Assembly: GCA_021822495.1 (NCBI GenBank)
Contig: JAKAQO010000001.1
Location: 264,808 to 328,807, forward strand
Reading direction: 5' to 3'
Length of the DNA: 64,000 nucleotides
Origin: a bacterium
Lineage (GTDB): Bacteria > Elusimicrobiota > Elusimicrobia > UBA1565 > UBA9628
In this document: one piece after another, positions 10,647 to 20,129 of the stretch
Layout of the letters: each line of letters starts with the position of its first letter
How positions within the stretch are numbered: the stretch's first letter is position 1
Notes under the pieces: generated by a model
Told to the model about the DNA's origin: nothing
Seen by the model: the letters and a program-made list of their open reading frames with translations, nothing else
Database searches by the model: none
Position numbers and translations under genes: made by a program

Positions 10647-10660
10647 GATATAATTTCACA

Positions 10661-12094
10661 ATGGATGAATTAGGAACCGCTCCCGCCGCCCACGCCGTTC
10701 AGCCAACAGAACACTCGCATAAAAAACCGGGCGAGTGGTTTGGGCACCCCAAAGGCCTTTACGTTCTTTTCTTTACCGAAATGTGGGAACGGTTTTCTTA
10801 TTACGGAATGCGCGCGCTATTGGTTCTCTACATGGTCAAGATTTTGATCTTGGACGCCAATAAAGGGATGACCATTTTTGGATACAACTCCGTCCGACAT
10901 TTCGTTCAGTGGTCGGTCGGCCTTTTTGGCGTTCACAACCCCCTCTCAGTCCAAGCCCTGGCTTCTCAAATTTACGGCCTCTATACCGGCTTTGTTTATT
11001 TCACTCCCTTTTTTGGCGGAATCCTGGCCGACCGGGTTTTCGGCCAGAGAAAATCGGTCTATATCGGCGGAATTTTGATGAGCATCGGGCACTTCCTGAT
11101 GGCCAGCGAGCGCTTTTTCTTCTTCGCGCTTTTCTTTTTAATCCTGGGAAACGGCTGCTTTAAGCCGAACATCTCAACCCAGGTCGGTAATTTATATCCC
11201 GAGGGCGACCCCCGCCGCGATTCGGCTTTTACCATTTTCTACATGGGAATTAATCTGGGAGCCTTTTTTTCTCCCTTGGTCTGTGGAACCCTTGGACAAC
11301 TGGTCGGATGGGATTGGGGTTTTGGCGCGGCGGGAGTCGGCATGGTCTCTGGACTTTTGATCTACCATTTCGGACGGCATCTCCTGCCGGAAGACCGCAT
11401 GATGAAAAAATCCGATGGCGCCGAGGCCGCGGAACCTCAAAAAATAACTTCCCAGGAGTGGAAAGCGATTGCGTCTTTAATTTTTCTCTGCATCGTCAAC
11501 ATCGTTTTCTGGGCCGTTTACGAACAGCAAGGAAACACGATGCAGCTTTGGGCGGATCAAAACACGAGATGGAATTTCTTCGGCTTCACTTTTCCTTCCA
11601 GCTGGTATCAGTCCTTTAACCCGATTTTCATTTTTCTCTTCGCCCCATTTTTGGATAAATTCTGGGAATGGCAGGACAGCCACGGCGGAGAACCCACGAC
11701 CGTCAACAAGATGGGCATCGGTTGCGTTTTACTTGGGCTTTCCTTTGTCGTCATGATTTTCGCCTCAAAACTCGTCGGCCCCGCCCAGCGCGGAAGCCTT
11801 TTGTGGCTGGTTTCAAGTTCCGCCATTCTCACCGTGGGCGAGCTTTATTTGTCTCCGATCGGGTTATCTCTCGTCACCAAGGTCTCTCCGGCCCGCATGG
11901 TTTCGATGATGATGGGAATGTGGTTTCTCTCGAGCTTTTTCGGCGATTACCTCTCCGGGTTTATCGGCGGCTTTTACGGAACGATGACGAAAGAAACTTT
12001 TTTCGCCTTGATGACCGGGCTTGGCATTGGCGCCGGACTTATATTCTTTGCCGCCAATCAACCCCTTAAAAAAATATTAGAACATGAGGTTTAA
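10661..12094 (+). CDS. POT/PTR family proton-dependent di/tripeptide transporter
   Basis: EMWERFSYYG (ExxERFxYY), FKPNIST, GELYLSPIG; start ATG 10661 just after TATAAT. Confidence 0.93.
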   Translation: MDELGTAPAAHAVQPTEHSHKKPGEWFGHPKGLYVLFFTEMWERFSYYGMRALLVLYMVKILILDANKGMTIFGYNSVRHFVQWSVGLFGVHNPLSVQALASQIYGLYTGFVYFTPFFGGILADRVFGQRKSVYIGGILMSIGHFLMASERFFFFALFFLILGNGCFKPNISTQVGNLYPEGDPRRDSAFTIFYMGINLGAFFSPLVCGTLGQLVGWDWGFGAAGVGMVSGLLIYHFGRHLLPEDRMMKKSDGAEAAEPQKITSQEWKAIASLIFLCIVNIVFWAVYEQQGNTMQLWADQNTRWNFFGFTFPSSWYQSFNPIFIFLFAPFLDKFWEWQDSHGGEPTTVNKMGIGCVLLGLSFVVMIFASKLVGPAQRGSLLWLVSSSAILTVGELYLSPIGLSLVTKVSPARMVSMMMGMWFLSSFFGDYLSGFIGGFYGTMTKETFFALMTGLGIGAGLIFFAANQPLKKILEHEV

Positions 12095-12095
12095 T

Positions 12096-13700
12096 ATGAC
12101 AAAAAAAATTCTGGTTCTTCTCCTGACCGCAACTCTTCTTAATTCTCCCGCTTTTGCCGCGAAAAAAGACAAAAAGAAGGGAGAAAAGCCCTCTCCAGAG
12201 GCCGTTCCGACGATCGGTTTTTTTAAGCCCACCCAAAAAATCACGACCGGTTCCGTGACCATCGGAAAGAAACGCATTGATTATGAAGCCGTAGCCGGAA
12301 CGCTGGTCGTTCATCCCAAGGGCTATGACGACGTTCTTCCGCCCACGGGTTCAAAAGCCCTCAAGGATGAAACCAAAAATCCCCAAGCCGAAGCCTCGAT
12401 TTTCTATGTCGCCTACTTTAAAAAGGGCGAAAAGCCAAACGCTCGCCCCATCACTTTCCTTTATAACGGCGGGCCCGGATCCTCAAGCGTCTGGCTTCAC
12501 ATGGGAGCCTTTGGCCCCAAAAGAGTCGTAACTTTGGACGACACGCATACCCCCGCGGCGCCCTACTCTTTAATCGACAATCGCTACAGTCTCTTAGACG
12601 TAAGCGATCTGGTTTTCATTGACGCCCCCGGAACCGGGTTTAGCCGCATCGCCGGAAAAGACGCGGCCAAGGCTTTTTGGGGCGTGGACCAGGACGCGCA
12701 CGCCTTCGCGGAATTTATCAAGCAGTTTTTGTCCAAATACGGGCGCTGGAATTCCCCTAAATATCTCTTTGGAGAAAGCTACGGCACCACGCGCTCAGCC
12801 GTCTTAGTGGATGAACTTGAAAATGACGAGGCCATTGATTTTAACGGAGTCATTCTTCTTTCTCAAATTCTCAATTTTGACCTGAGCATTGACGGCCCGG
12901 AATCCAACCCCTCGGTTGACCTTCCCTATGAACTCGCTCTCCCCACTTATGCGGCGACAGCCTGGTTTCACCACAAAATTCCCAATCAGCCGAAAAGTTT
13001 GGACGCGTTAATTAAAGAAGTCGAAAAATTCTCGATGACCGAATACGCCCAGGCATTGACCAGGGGCTTGACGCTGAGTTCCAAGGAAAAAGACGCCATC
13101 GCCGGGCAGTTGCATAACTATACCGGTCTTCCCGTTTCCTATATCAAAAAGGCTAATCTCCGGATTGACGGCGGGGAATTTGAGAAAAATTTAGAAGACG
13201 CCGAAGGCATGACGACCGGACGCTTGGATACGCGCTTTTCCGGCCCCACCTTGGACCCTTTAAGCAAGGAGGCCAGCTACGACCCGCAAAGCGCGGCCAT
13301 TAGCTCCGCCTACGTTTCAGTCTTTAACGATTATGTCCGCAAAACCCTTCAATACGGGAAAAATAAAATCTTTAAGCCGGAGATCGACATTCCGCATTGG
13401 GATTTTACCCATAACGGCAATCCCAACACGACTAACGTCATGCCGGACTTGGCGGATGCCATGAAGCAAAACCCTAATCTCAAGATTCTCCTCAACGCCG
13501 GCTATTTTGACTTGGCGACGCCCTTCTACGAAGGGGTTTACGAAATGCGCCATCTTCAGATTCCCCGAAAACTTTTCTCAAACATCGCCTTTCATTTCTA
13601 TCAATCCGGGCACATGGTCTACGCTCATGAGCCGTCTTTAAAGGACCTCCATCAAACCGTGGCCGATTTTATCCGAAAGACGGATAATCTCAAGCCGTAA
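12096..13700 (+). CDS. Exported S10-family serine carboxypeptidase
   Basis: Signal peptide, NGGPGSSS, GESYG nucleophile, GYFDLATP, GHMVY. Confidence 0.92.
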   Translation: MTKKILVLLLTATLLNSPAFAAKKDKKKGEKPSPEAVPTIGFFKPTQKITTGSVTIGKKRIDYEAVAGTLVVHPKGYDDVLPPTGSKALKDETKNPQAEASIFYVAYFKKGEKPNARPITFLYNGGPGSSSVWLHMGAFGPKRVVTLDDTHTPAAPYSLIDNRYSLLDVSDLVFIDAPGTGFSRIAGKDAAKAFWGVDQDAHAFAEFIKQFLSKYGRWNSPKYLFGESYGTTRSAVLVDELENDEAIDFNGVILLSQILNFDLSIDGPESNPSVDLPYELALPTYAATAWFHHKIPNQPKSLDALIKEVEKFSMTEYAQALTRGLTLSSKEKDAIAGQLHNYTGLPVSYIKKANLRIDGGEFEKNLEDAEGMTTGRLDTRFSGPTLDPLSKEASYDPQSAAISSAYVSVFNDYVRKTLQYGKNKIFKPEIDIPHWDFTHNGNPNTTNVMPDLADAMKQNPNLKILLNAGYFDLATPFYEGVYEMRHLQIPRKLFSNIAFHFYQSGHMVYAHEPSLKDLHQTVADFIRKTDNLKP

Positions 13701-13777
13701 CATAGGCTCGCGCCGTCAAATCGCGCGCGCAAGTTCTCTTTCCGTCTGGGTCTTTTGCCGGAAATTCCATAGCCCTT

Positions 13778-14273
13778 TGGCCCCGTGTCAACTCATTTGA
13801 AAATGTTACCGAACAGGTCATAGGCCGTTTCATCGGAGGATCTCCCTGCTTTGAGCCCATCACCCGATCCAACGGCGTTTGCGGCTTGTCAAAAACTCGC
13901 CTCGTCTTCGAACCTCGCCTGACTGTCTTAATCAGCCTGACGGAAGGCATGAATAAATTCTCAAACAGCCTCAACTCGTTTCTATAGAGATCGTTTAAGG
14001 CTTCAACGACTTCCGCAGTGTCATAGCGCACCCATTCCACACCTCACAGAACTCACCAAGAATCTCACCTTTTTCTTTCTTCCCTATCGCCTTGTGATAC
14101 CGAACATACATCTCCTTCATATATTCCCATCTCCCATTTGGACTCATCAAAATGACCTCCCGATCCCCGCTGGAGACATTCAGGAATGATCATACCATCC
14201 TCTTTTTTCGGTAACATTTTGTATGAGGCGACCGTCCCTCCTTCGGTAACTTTAGCATGAGGCGATGCGTCCA
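13778..14273 (-). mobile_element. Internally deleted IS (rve/DDE-type transposase remnant) with inverted terminal repeats
   Basis: N-terminus MSPNGRWEYMKEMYVRYHKAIGKKEKGEILGEFCEV from ATG 14147 (SD GGAGGT) joins out of frame at about 14040 to C-terminus RYDT..LNDLY..LRLFENLFMPS..DKPQTPLDRV; TTCGGTAAC..ATGAG repeats at 13787-13813 (-), 14207-14232 (+) and 14242-14266 (+); outer ends approximate. Confidence 0.8.
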
Positions 14274-14506
14274 CTGTTTTTTCGGCCCAGAATTTGATAC
14301 CTTTTCATTGCGATTCTTCCTCCTTGGTGCGTCTTTTTCTCGACTCACTGTTGCCAAGTCGGGATGAATCGCCTCAACTTTTTTCAACTAGACTAGGGAC
14401 ATGATCTTCCAAATGTTTGCACTGAAGTTCCCCGTTGCAGCAATATATCGGTCTGTGAAAAATACTCAGACGAGTAGGACATTAAAAAGAATTAAAGGAT
14501 GATTCC

Positions 14507-14785
14507 ATGAACTGTTCCTGTAGCCGACACGTCCCGATCAAGAGCGTAATTTTTCATGGCAAATACGTCTGTCCGTGCGGTCAGGTGACTCGACCCCGCC
14601 TCAGTCGCATGATACTCGTTGCCGCGTTCATAATAATTGGATGGACAACGGATCGAATCGCGATTCTTTTCCACTTTGGAAAAGTTGCGGAATTCATGAT
14701 TGGCCTTGCGGGAACGGTTGGAATAGCCCTGCTATTCAATACAATCGGTGTTCTCTTCTTTATGCCCGGACAGAAAGAACGATAA
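14507..14785 (+). CDS. Small hypothetical membrane protein with CxC...CxC N-terminus
   Basis: SD AAGGA, two hydrophobic segments, four Cys. Confidence 0.45.
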   Translation: MNCSCSRHVPIKSVIFHGKYVCPCGQVTRPRLSRMILVAAFIIIGWTTDRIAILFHFGKVAEFMIGLAGTVGIALLFNTIGVLFFMPGQKER

Positions 14786-15112
14786 TAATGGACTCGCGAT
14801 TAGGATCCGTGACAAGATAATATGGACAAATTCGGCGGCACGCTTTCTCGAAGACAGAGTATACAGGGATGGGGAAGCTCATCTTTGGCCAATTTCTGCA
14901 TTCCTGAGGAGCGAAACGAAAGCGTGCCGAATTGTCACGGAGGCTAAATGGGCGTCTGGGGCGGGAGAATTTGGTATCCGGGACATTTAACTCCAACGGG
15001 ACATGAATACGCCTTTGGCCTTGCCTTATTGGGACTCCTTCTTTTTCTTTGGATTTGGATCCTCAAGGCCTTTCGAGAATAGAACTTAAGCGAAAATGGC
15101 ATAATGGGGAAA

Positions 15113-16921
15113 ATGTCCGCGCATGATTTAAAAAGAAAACTCTGTCTTCTCCTGCCGCTTCTCGCCTTCACTAGTTGCCGCTCTAAAACGCCGTCTCAAG
15201 CGGCCTTCGATCCCACAACCTACACTTATTTAACAAGCGCGGGAACCGACAGCCTCGACCCCGCCTGGGCTTATGACACGGCCAGTGGCATGGTCATCCT
15301 CAATATTTACGAGCCCTTGTTTTTCTTTCACGGCTCTTCCGTTAAAAAACTCGACCCCTTGATCGCAACCCAGGTCCCCTCCCGCCAAAACGGGCTGATT
15401 TCAAAAGACGGGCGCGTCTATACGATTCCCATTCGTCAGGGAGTTTTATTCCAAGACGGGACCCCGATGACGCCCGAAGACGTCCGTTATTCTATTCTGC
15501 GCTTCATGCTTTTTGACCGGGACGGCGGGCCTTCGGGCCTTCTTTTACAACCTCTTTTAGGAGTCCCCAGCACTCGTGATGATAACGGGAAATTGATTCC
15601 CGGAATCGGCAAAAAAGCCTTTCGAGCGGTACGCGTTGAGGGAAACAATCTCATCTTAAGTTTGCCAAGACCCTATGCTCCGCTTCTGTCTATTCTCGCC
15701 ACCTGGGCCCCGGTCGTCTCGGAAAAATGGTCTGCCGAGCGCGGCGCCTGGGACGGAAGCCTTAAAACCTGGAAGAAATTCAATAACCCTAAAAAACAAG
15801 ATTCTCCTTTCTTTGAAAAAGCCAACGGGACCGGCGCCTTTTATCTCGGGAGATGGGACCGCAAAACCCATGAGATGCTTCTCAGTCGGAACGATCATTA
15901 TTGGAGAAAACCCTCTAGGCTTAAACGGATTGTCATTCGCGGAATTAGCGAATTTGAGACAGACAAACTTCTTTTAGAGTCAGGCCGCGCCGATTCAATA
16001 CGCGCAAGCCGCGAGCATTTATCCCAACTGGAAAAAATTCCTGGAATCCGCATTATCTCCGCTCCGGACATGGGAACCAACCCTTCCGCGTTTTTTACCT
16101 TCCACATCAGCACAACAGCCAATCCCTTTATCGGTTCTGGGAAACTAGACGGAGAGGGCATTCCGCCGGACTTTTTTTCTCATAAGAATATCCGCAAGGC
16201 CTTCGCCTATAGTTTTGACTATCAGGGATATATTAGAGACATCGAAGGGGGACAGGGCTTTCAGCCCACGGGTTGCATTCCCAACGGAATGTTGGGGCAC
16301 AATCCCAATCAAAAAACCTATCATTTTGATTTAAAGAAAGCCAAAGATTATTTTAAAAAGGCCATGGGCGGAAAAATTTGGAAAAAAGGATTTCGCTTTA
16401 CAATGGAATACCAAGCCGCTTCCGGGCCTTCCATGGCGGTCGCCCATATTTTTCAGCACAATATCGAAAGTTTAAACCCTAGATTCCGCCTGGATTTAAG
16501 ACCCATGGATTGGCCGGCCTTCTTAGACGCCCTTAATTCCGCCCGCCTTCCCATTTTTCCCATCGGCTGGATTGCGGATTATCCCGACCCCGATGATTTC
16601 GCGTTTCCCTTAATGGATTCAAAAGGCGATTATCCCTTCGCCCAAGGCTATAAGAACCCAGTGGTGGATCGATTGATTGCTAAAGCCGCCCGAGAACTCA
16701 ATCCCGAAAAACGCAAGAAACTTTATTGGGAAATTCAAAAAATTGAATATGAAGACGTTCCTCATATTCTCATTGTTGAACCGTCCGAAATTCGCGTTCA
16801 GCGCGATTGGGTCAAAGGATGGGTCTACAATCCCATTTTTCCGGATTCCCCTTCGGGCACCTATTTTTATTCAATTTATAAAGAACTCCCGAAAAATAAA
16901 AATCTAACGGCAAAAAAATGA
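15113..16921 (+). CDS. Peptide ABC transporter substrate-binding lipoprotein (family 5)
   Basis: Lipobox-like LAFTSC, SLDPAWAYD, IRQGVLFQDG, GWIADYPDPD. Confidence 0.92.
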   Translation: MSAHDLKRKLCLLLPLLAFTSCRSKTPSQAAFDPTTYTYLTSAGTDSLDPAWAYDTASGMVILNIYEPLFFFHGSSVKKLDPLIATQVPSRQNGLISKDGRVYTIPIRQGVLFQDGTPMTPEDVRYSILRFMLFDRDGGPSGLLLQPLLGVPSTRDDNGKLIPGIGKKAFRAVRVEGNNLILSLPRPYAPLLSILATWAPVVSEKWSAERGAWDGSLKTWKKFNNPKKQDSPFFEKANGTGAFYLGRWDRKTHEMLLSRNDHYWRKPSRLKRIVIRGISEFETDKLLLESGRADSIRASREHLSQLEKIPGIRIISAPDMGTNPSAFFTFHISTTANPFIGSGKLDGEGIPPDFFSHKNIRKAFAYSFDYQGYIRDIEGGQGFQPTGCIPNGMLGHNPNQKTYHFDLKKAKDYFKKAMGGKIWKKGFRFTMEYQAASGPSMAVAHIFQHNIESLNPRFRLDLRPMDWPAFLDALNSARLPIFPIGWIADYPDPDDFAFPLMDSKGDYPFAQGYKNPVVDRLIAKAARELNPEKRKKLYWEIQKIEYEDVPHILIVEPSEIRVQRDWVKGWVYNPIFPDSPSGTYFYSIYKELPKNKNLTAKK

Positions 16922-17949
16922 TCAAATTTATCCTCAAACGCCTCATGATGCTCCCCCTGGTCATGCTCGGGGTCACCGCACTTTTATTTACCATCCTGCA
17001 ATTTTTGTCTCCCGATATGCGGGCCGCCCTCTACATTAAAGATCCCCGGCAGATGTCTCACTTAAACGAAATTATCCAGGAATACGGGCTTAATAAGCCA
17101 ATGCCGGTTCAATACGCCATTTGGCTTAAAGGGGTTCTCCACGGAGATCTGGGGTATAGCGAAACAGCCAAGATGCCGGTCTTAAACGCCATTCAGGCCT
17201 TTTTTCCCGCGACAGCGGAACTGGCCATCGCGGCTTTTTTCCCAACCCTCATTCTGGGCGTTTTATTTGGAGTTCTATCGGCGGTTTATAAAGACAGTTG
17301 GTTTGACCAACTGATGCGCTTTGTCGCGATTACCGGATACTCTCTCCCCAGTTTTGTCTTCGGGCTTTTTCTCCTCATGATTTTATACGGCGAATTTCAT
17401 CTTTTCCCGCCGGGACGCTATTCCATTAACGTGGATATCCTGGTTCACTCTTCTTCTTTTCATCATTACACCGGGCTTTTAAGCCTTGACGCCCTTCTCA
17501 ACGGACAATGGGACGCTTTCTTAAATATCGTCAAACACCTGGTCTTGCCCGCCACGACCTTGATCTATATTGAAATTGCCCTGATTTTGCGAATCACCCG
17601 CTCCTCCATGCTTGAGGAGATGGGAAAAGATTATGTCCGCACCGCCCGCGCCAAGGGCTTAGACGAAAAAACCGTCATTCTCAAGCACGCCCTTAAAAAC
17701 GCCTTGATTCCCGTCATCACCTTGTCGAGCCTTCTCTTTGTCGGGCTTTTGGGCGGAGTCGTCATTACCGAAACCGTTTTTGATTACCCCGGAATCGGGC
17801 ATTGGGGGGTGGTCGCGGCGCAACAGCTGGATGTGCCCGGAGTTTTGGGCTCGACCTTGCTCGCCGCTCTTTTGTTTGTGCTGGCTAATCTCGTTTCCGA
17901 CATTCTCTATGCCGTGGTGGACCCGCGAATGAGAACGGGAAATCAATAA
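16918..17949 (+). CDS. oppB: Peptide ABC transporter permease (OppB/DppB type)
   Basis: FPATAELA, RSSMLEEMGKDYVRTARAKGL, ETVFDYPGIG, VDPR. Confidence 0.92.
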   Translation: MIKFILKRLMMLPLVMLGVTALLFTILQFLSPDMRAALYIKDPRQMSHLNEIIQEYGLNKPMPVQYAIWLKGVLHGDLGYSETAKMPVLNAIQAFFPATAELAIAAFFPTLILGVLFGVLSAVYKDSWFDQLMRFVAITGYSLPSFVFGLFLLMILYGEFHLFPPGRYSINVDILVHSSSFHHYTGLLSLDALLNGQWDAFLNIVKHLVLPATTLIYIEIALILRITRSSMLEEMGKDYVRTARAKGLDEKTVILKHALKNALIPVITLSSLLFVGLLGGVVITETVFDYPGIGHWGVVAAQQLDVPGVLGSTLLAALLFVLANLVSDILYAVVDPRMRTGNQ

Positions 17950-17951
17950 GT

Positions 17952-18215
17952 TTAAGCCTTCTTGGACATCGCGCGGAACAAATCGTGAAGAAATTCTTGC
18001 GCGTTGGGCGCTCCGTGATAAGCCGCGGCCTCTTCGGGAGTTTTTTCAAGGGTGAGAAAGCATCCGGCGCAAAAAGAAATTCCGTGGCGGTCTAAAACCG
18101 GTAAAATCTCCGGGTGGCGGCAAATGAGATCAAAAAGCTGAATTTTTGCGATATTTTTTTGCGGCCTGTTTTTCTTGAGCCTCTTTAAAGCGGGCTTGCG
18201 TTTTCTTTTTTCCAT
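17952..18215 (-). CDS. DUF1858-like small protein
   Basis: HPEILPVLDRHGISFCAGC..TPEEAAAYHG pattern; start uncertain. Confidence 0.7.
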   Translation of the reverse strand: MEKRKRKPALKRLKKNRPQKNIAKIQLFDLICRHPEILPVLDRHGISFCAGCFLTLEKTPEEAAAYHGAPNAQEFLHDLFRAMSKKA

Positions 18216-19261
18216 TCAAAAGGCCCCCGAGGGAAATTCATCGCCAGCCTAATCGCCAGATCAATATCTTCCTGGCTTGCGATTTTTTCTTTAAACGCGA
18301 GTTCCGCTTCCCCAATCAGCGCCTGGGCGATCTTGTTCCAGGATTTTTCGGCGGTAACATTGGCTGTCCCCCTCATCTCCAAGGCCATGGGGTTGACCGC
18401 GATGATTTTTCCCGATTCATAAATATAAAACCCGCGACCGGATTTTTTTCCCAGTTGTTTCAAGGCGACCAAACGCTCTTGAATCGGCTGCGGTTGAAAT
18501 CGGGCAGGCCGCCCCAAGGCTTCATAAATACTTTTGGTAATTGAGAGATTCACATCCAGGCCGATTAAATCCATCAGTTCAAACGGCCCCATCGGGACAC
18601 GTCCGATTTCTCTCGCCACTCTGTCAATTTCAAGCAGCTCCGCGCCGGACAAGACCTCGCGCTGGGACTCCAGATAATAGGGCCTCATGACACGGTTGAC
18701 GATAAAACCCGGGGTGTCTTGGACCGAAACCGCCCGTCTTTTAAGCCCTTCCTCGATAAAATCTTTCGCCGTTTTAAAAACCTCTTCTTGGGTTTGAGGC
18801 GCGCGAATCATCTCGACCAGCTTCATCGCGACCGGAGGGTTAAAGAAATGAAGCCCCAAGAATCGCCCCGGGGTTTTAAGCCCTTGACCGACATTGGAAA
18901 CCAAAAAAGACGAGGTGTTGGTGGCCCAAATCGCTTGAGGACAAACTTTTTCGATTTCAGATAAAATTTTGACCTTGACGGGCAAATCCTCGATGATGGC
19001 CTCAATGATTAGATCACAGGAAGAGAGTTCACCCAGGCTCTTGGCATAAACGATATTTTGATTTCCCCACTCCGCTCTTTCTTGAGAAATGCGATTTTTG
19101 GCGGCGGCGTTTAACAGTCCCTCCCTGATTCGGCCCGCGCCCGCGCATAAGGATTCCGGGAAAACATCCCATAAGGCGACCGGAAATTCATTTTGCAGGC
19201 ACAACTGGGCGATACCCGCGCCCATGGTCCCCGCGCCAAGAATTCCAACTCGTTCAATCAT
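18185..19261 (-). CDS. paaH: 3-hydroxyacyl-CoA dehydrogenase (PaaH-like)
   Basis: GAGTMGAGIA, EAIIEDL, TNTSS, GLHFFNP, PGFIVNR, MGPFELMDLIGLD; start moved to ATG 19261. Confidence 0.85.
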   Translation of the reverse strand: MIERVGILGAGTMGAGIAQLCLQNEFPVALWDVFPESLCAGAGRIREGLLNAAAKNRISQERAEWGNQNIVYAKSLGELSSCDLIIEAIIEDLPVKVKILSEIEKVCPQAIWATNTSSFLVSNVGQGLKTPGRFLGLHFFNPPVAMKLVEMIRAPQTQEEVFKTAKDFIEEGLKRRAVSVQDTPGFIVNRVMRPYYLESQREVLSGAELLEIDRVAREIGRVPMGPFELMDLIGLDVNLSITKSIYEALGRPARFQPQPIQERLVALKQLGKKSGRGFYIYESGKIIAVNPMALEMRGTANVTAEKSWNKIAQALIGEAELAFKEKIASQEDIDLAIRLAMNFPRGPFEWKKENASPL

Positions 19262-19285
19262 AAAAAAAGGGACAGTCCCCTTTTT
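19262..19285. repeat. AAAAAGGGACAGTCCCCTTTTT palindrome copy
   Basis: Fills the paaA-like/paaH intergenic gap. Confidence 0.7.
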
Positions 19286-19287
19286 AT

Positions 19288-20115
19288 CTATCCGGGAATA
19301 AAGGGCTCTTCCGTCATCTTGGAAATTTCCGGCTTCCAATCGGGAACCTTGAGCCCAAATTGGGCGCATTTGTTTTTAACATCGGCGGCGAAAGATTGAC
19401 GAACCTCGTCATTATCCCGTTTTTTGAGCCCCAGCTTGCGGTAAATTTTATTTTTAGGAGATTCCGCCCGACCGAAAATATTCATCGTTCGCGGATACCA
19501 TTTATCGAGGGCCTTTTGGAGTTCATCGTGGGTCTTATCGTCTTTGGCCAATTTCTCGGTCCACTGATCCCCGTGCGCCATGTGCATTCCTTCTTCCTTA
19601 AAGATTCCGTCCATGACGTCGCACCAGGGCTTATAGGATGAATCCATCGCGTCTTCCAGTTGATGCCCGGCTCCCCGGTCCATGCAGAAATTAAACATGA
19701 TGAAGTCATACCAGGTCTCAATCGGATAATAAAAGATATTGACCCGCTTATCCTCGGCCACGCGCTTGGTTCCGATGTCGTCGTCTTGGACGCGCAGATT
19801 AAAATTGTGGCTTTGGTAATAATCATCCACGTTAATTCCCATTCCTTCTAAAAGACGGTACATCACCCGCGCATGGCGCACTTCATCTTTAACGATTTGG
19901 GCGACTTGCAAAGTCTCTTTAATATCCGGTGATTTCGCGATCCACGGAACGTATCCAAAAGCCCCGGCAAGCTCCGAGTCGGCCTGCATCATCATGAGAT
20001 GAGTCAAATTTTCTCGATATTCATCCGTCATTTCATCCAGCGTTTCAATCTTTTTTCCCGACGCAATCTTGGCTTGCAATTTTTCTTCTTTAACGCGCTC
20101 CGGTTCTTTGGACAT
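19288..20115 (-). CDS. PaaA/PaaC-family di-iron protein (phenylacetyl-CoA epoxidase catalytic-subunit-like)
   Basis: Ferritin-like ligand set SELAG / DEVRH / MDRGA / EEGMH; KWYPRTMNIFG. Confidence 0.85.
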   Translation of the reverse strand: MSKEPERVKEEKLQAKIASGKKIETLDEMTDEYRENLTHLMMMQADSELAGAFGYVPWIAKSPDIKETLQVAQIVKDEVRHARVMYRLLEGMGINVDDYYQSHNFNLRVQDDDIGTKRVAEDKRVNIFYYPIETWYDFIMFNFCMDRGAGHQLEDAMDSSYKPWCDVMDGIFKEEGMHMAHGDQWTEKLAKDDKTHDELQKALDKWYPRTMNIFGRAESPKNKIYRKLGLKKRDNDEVRQSFAADVKNKCAQFGLKVPDWKPEISKMTEEPFIPG

Positions 20116-20129
20116 AAGGCCTCCAGAAA

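Noticed and set aside
14788-14990. Possible thermonuclease remnant (MDKFGGTL resembling DKYGRTL)
   Set aside because: Single short resemblance in broken frames; not supportable without a search
19262-19369. N-terminal extension of PaaH containing KGTVPF
   Set aside because: Overlaps the paaA-like gene; the Rossmann motif implies a start at 19261, so this palindrome copy is probably untranslated
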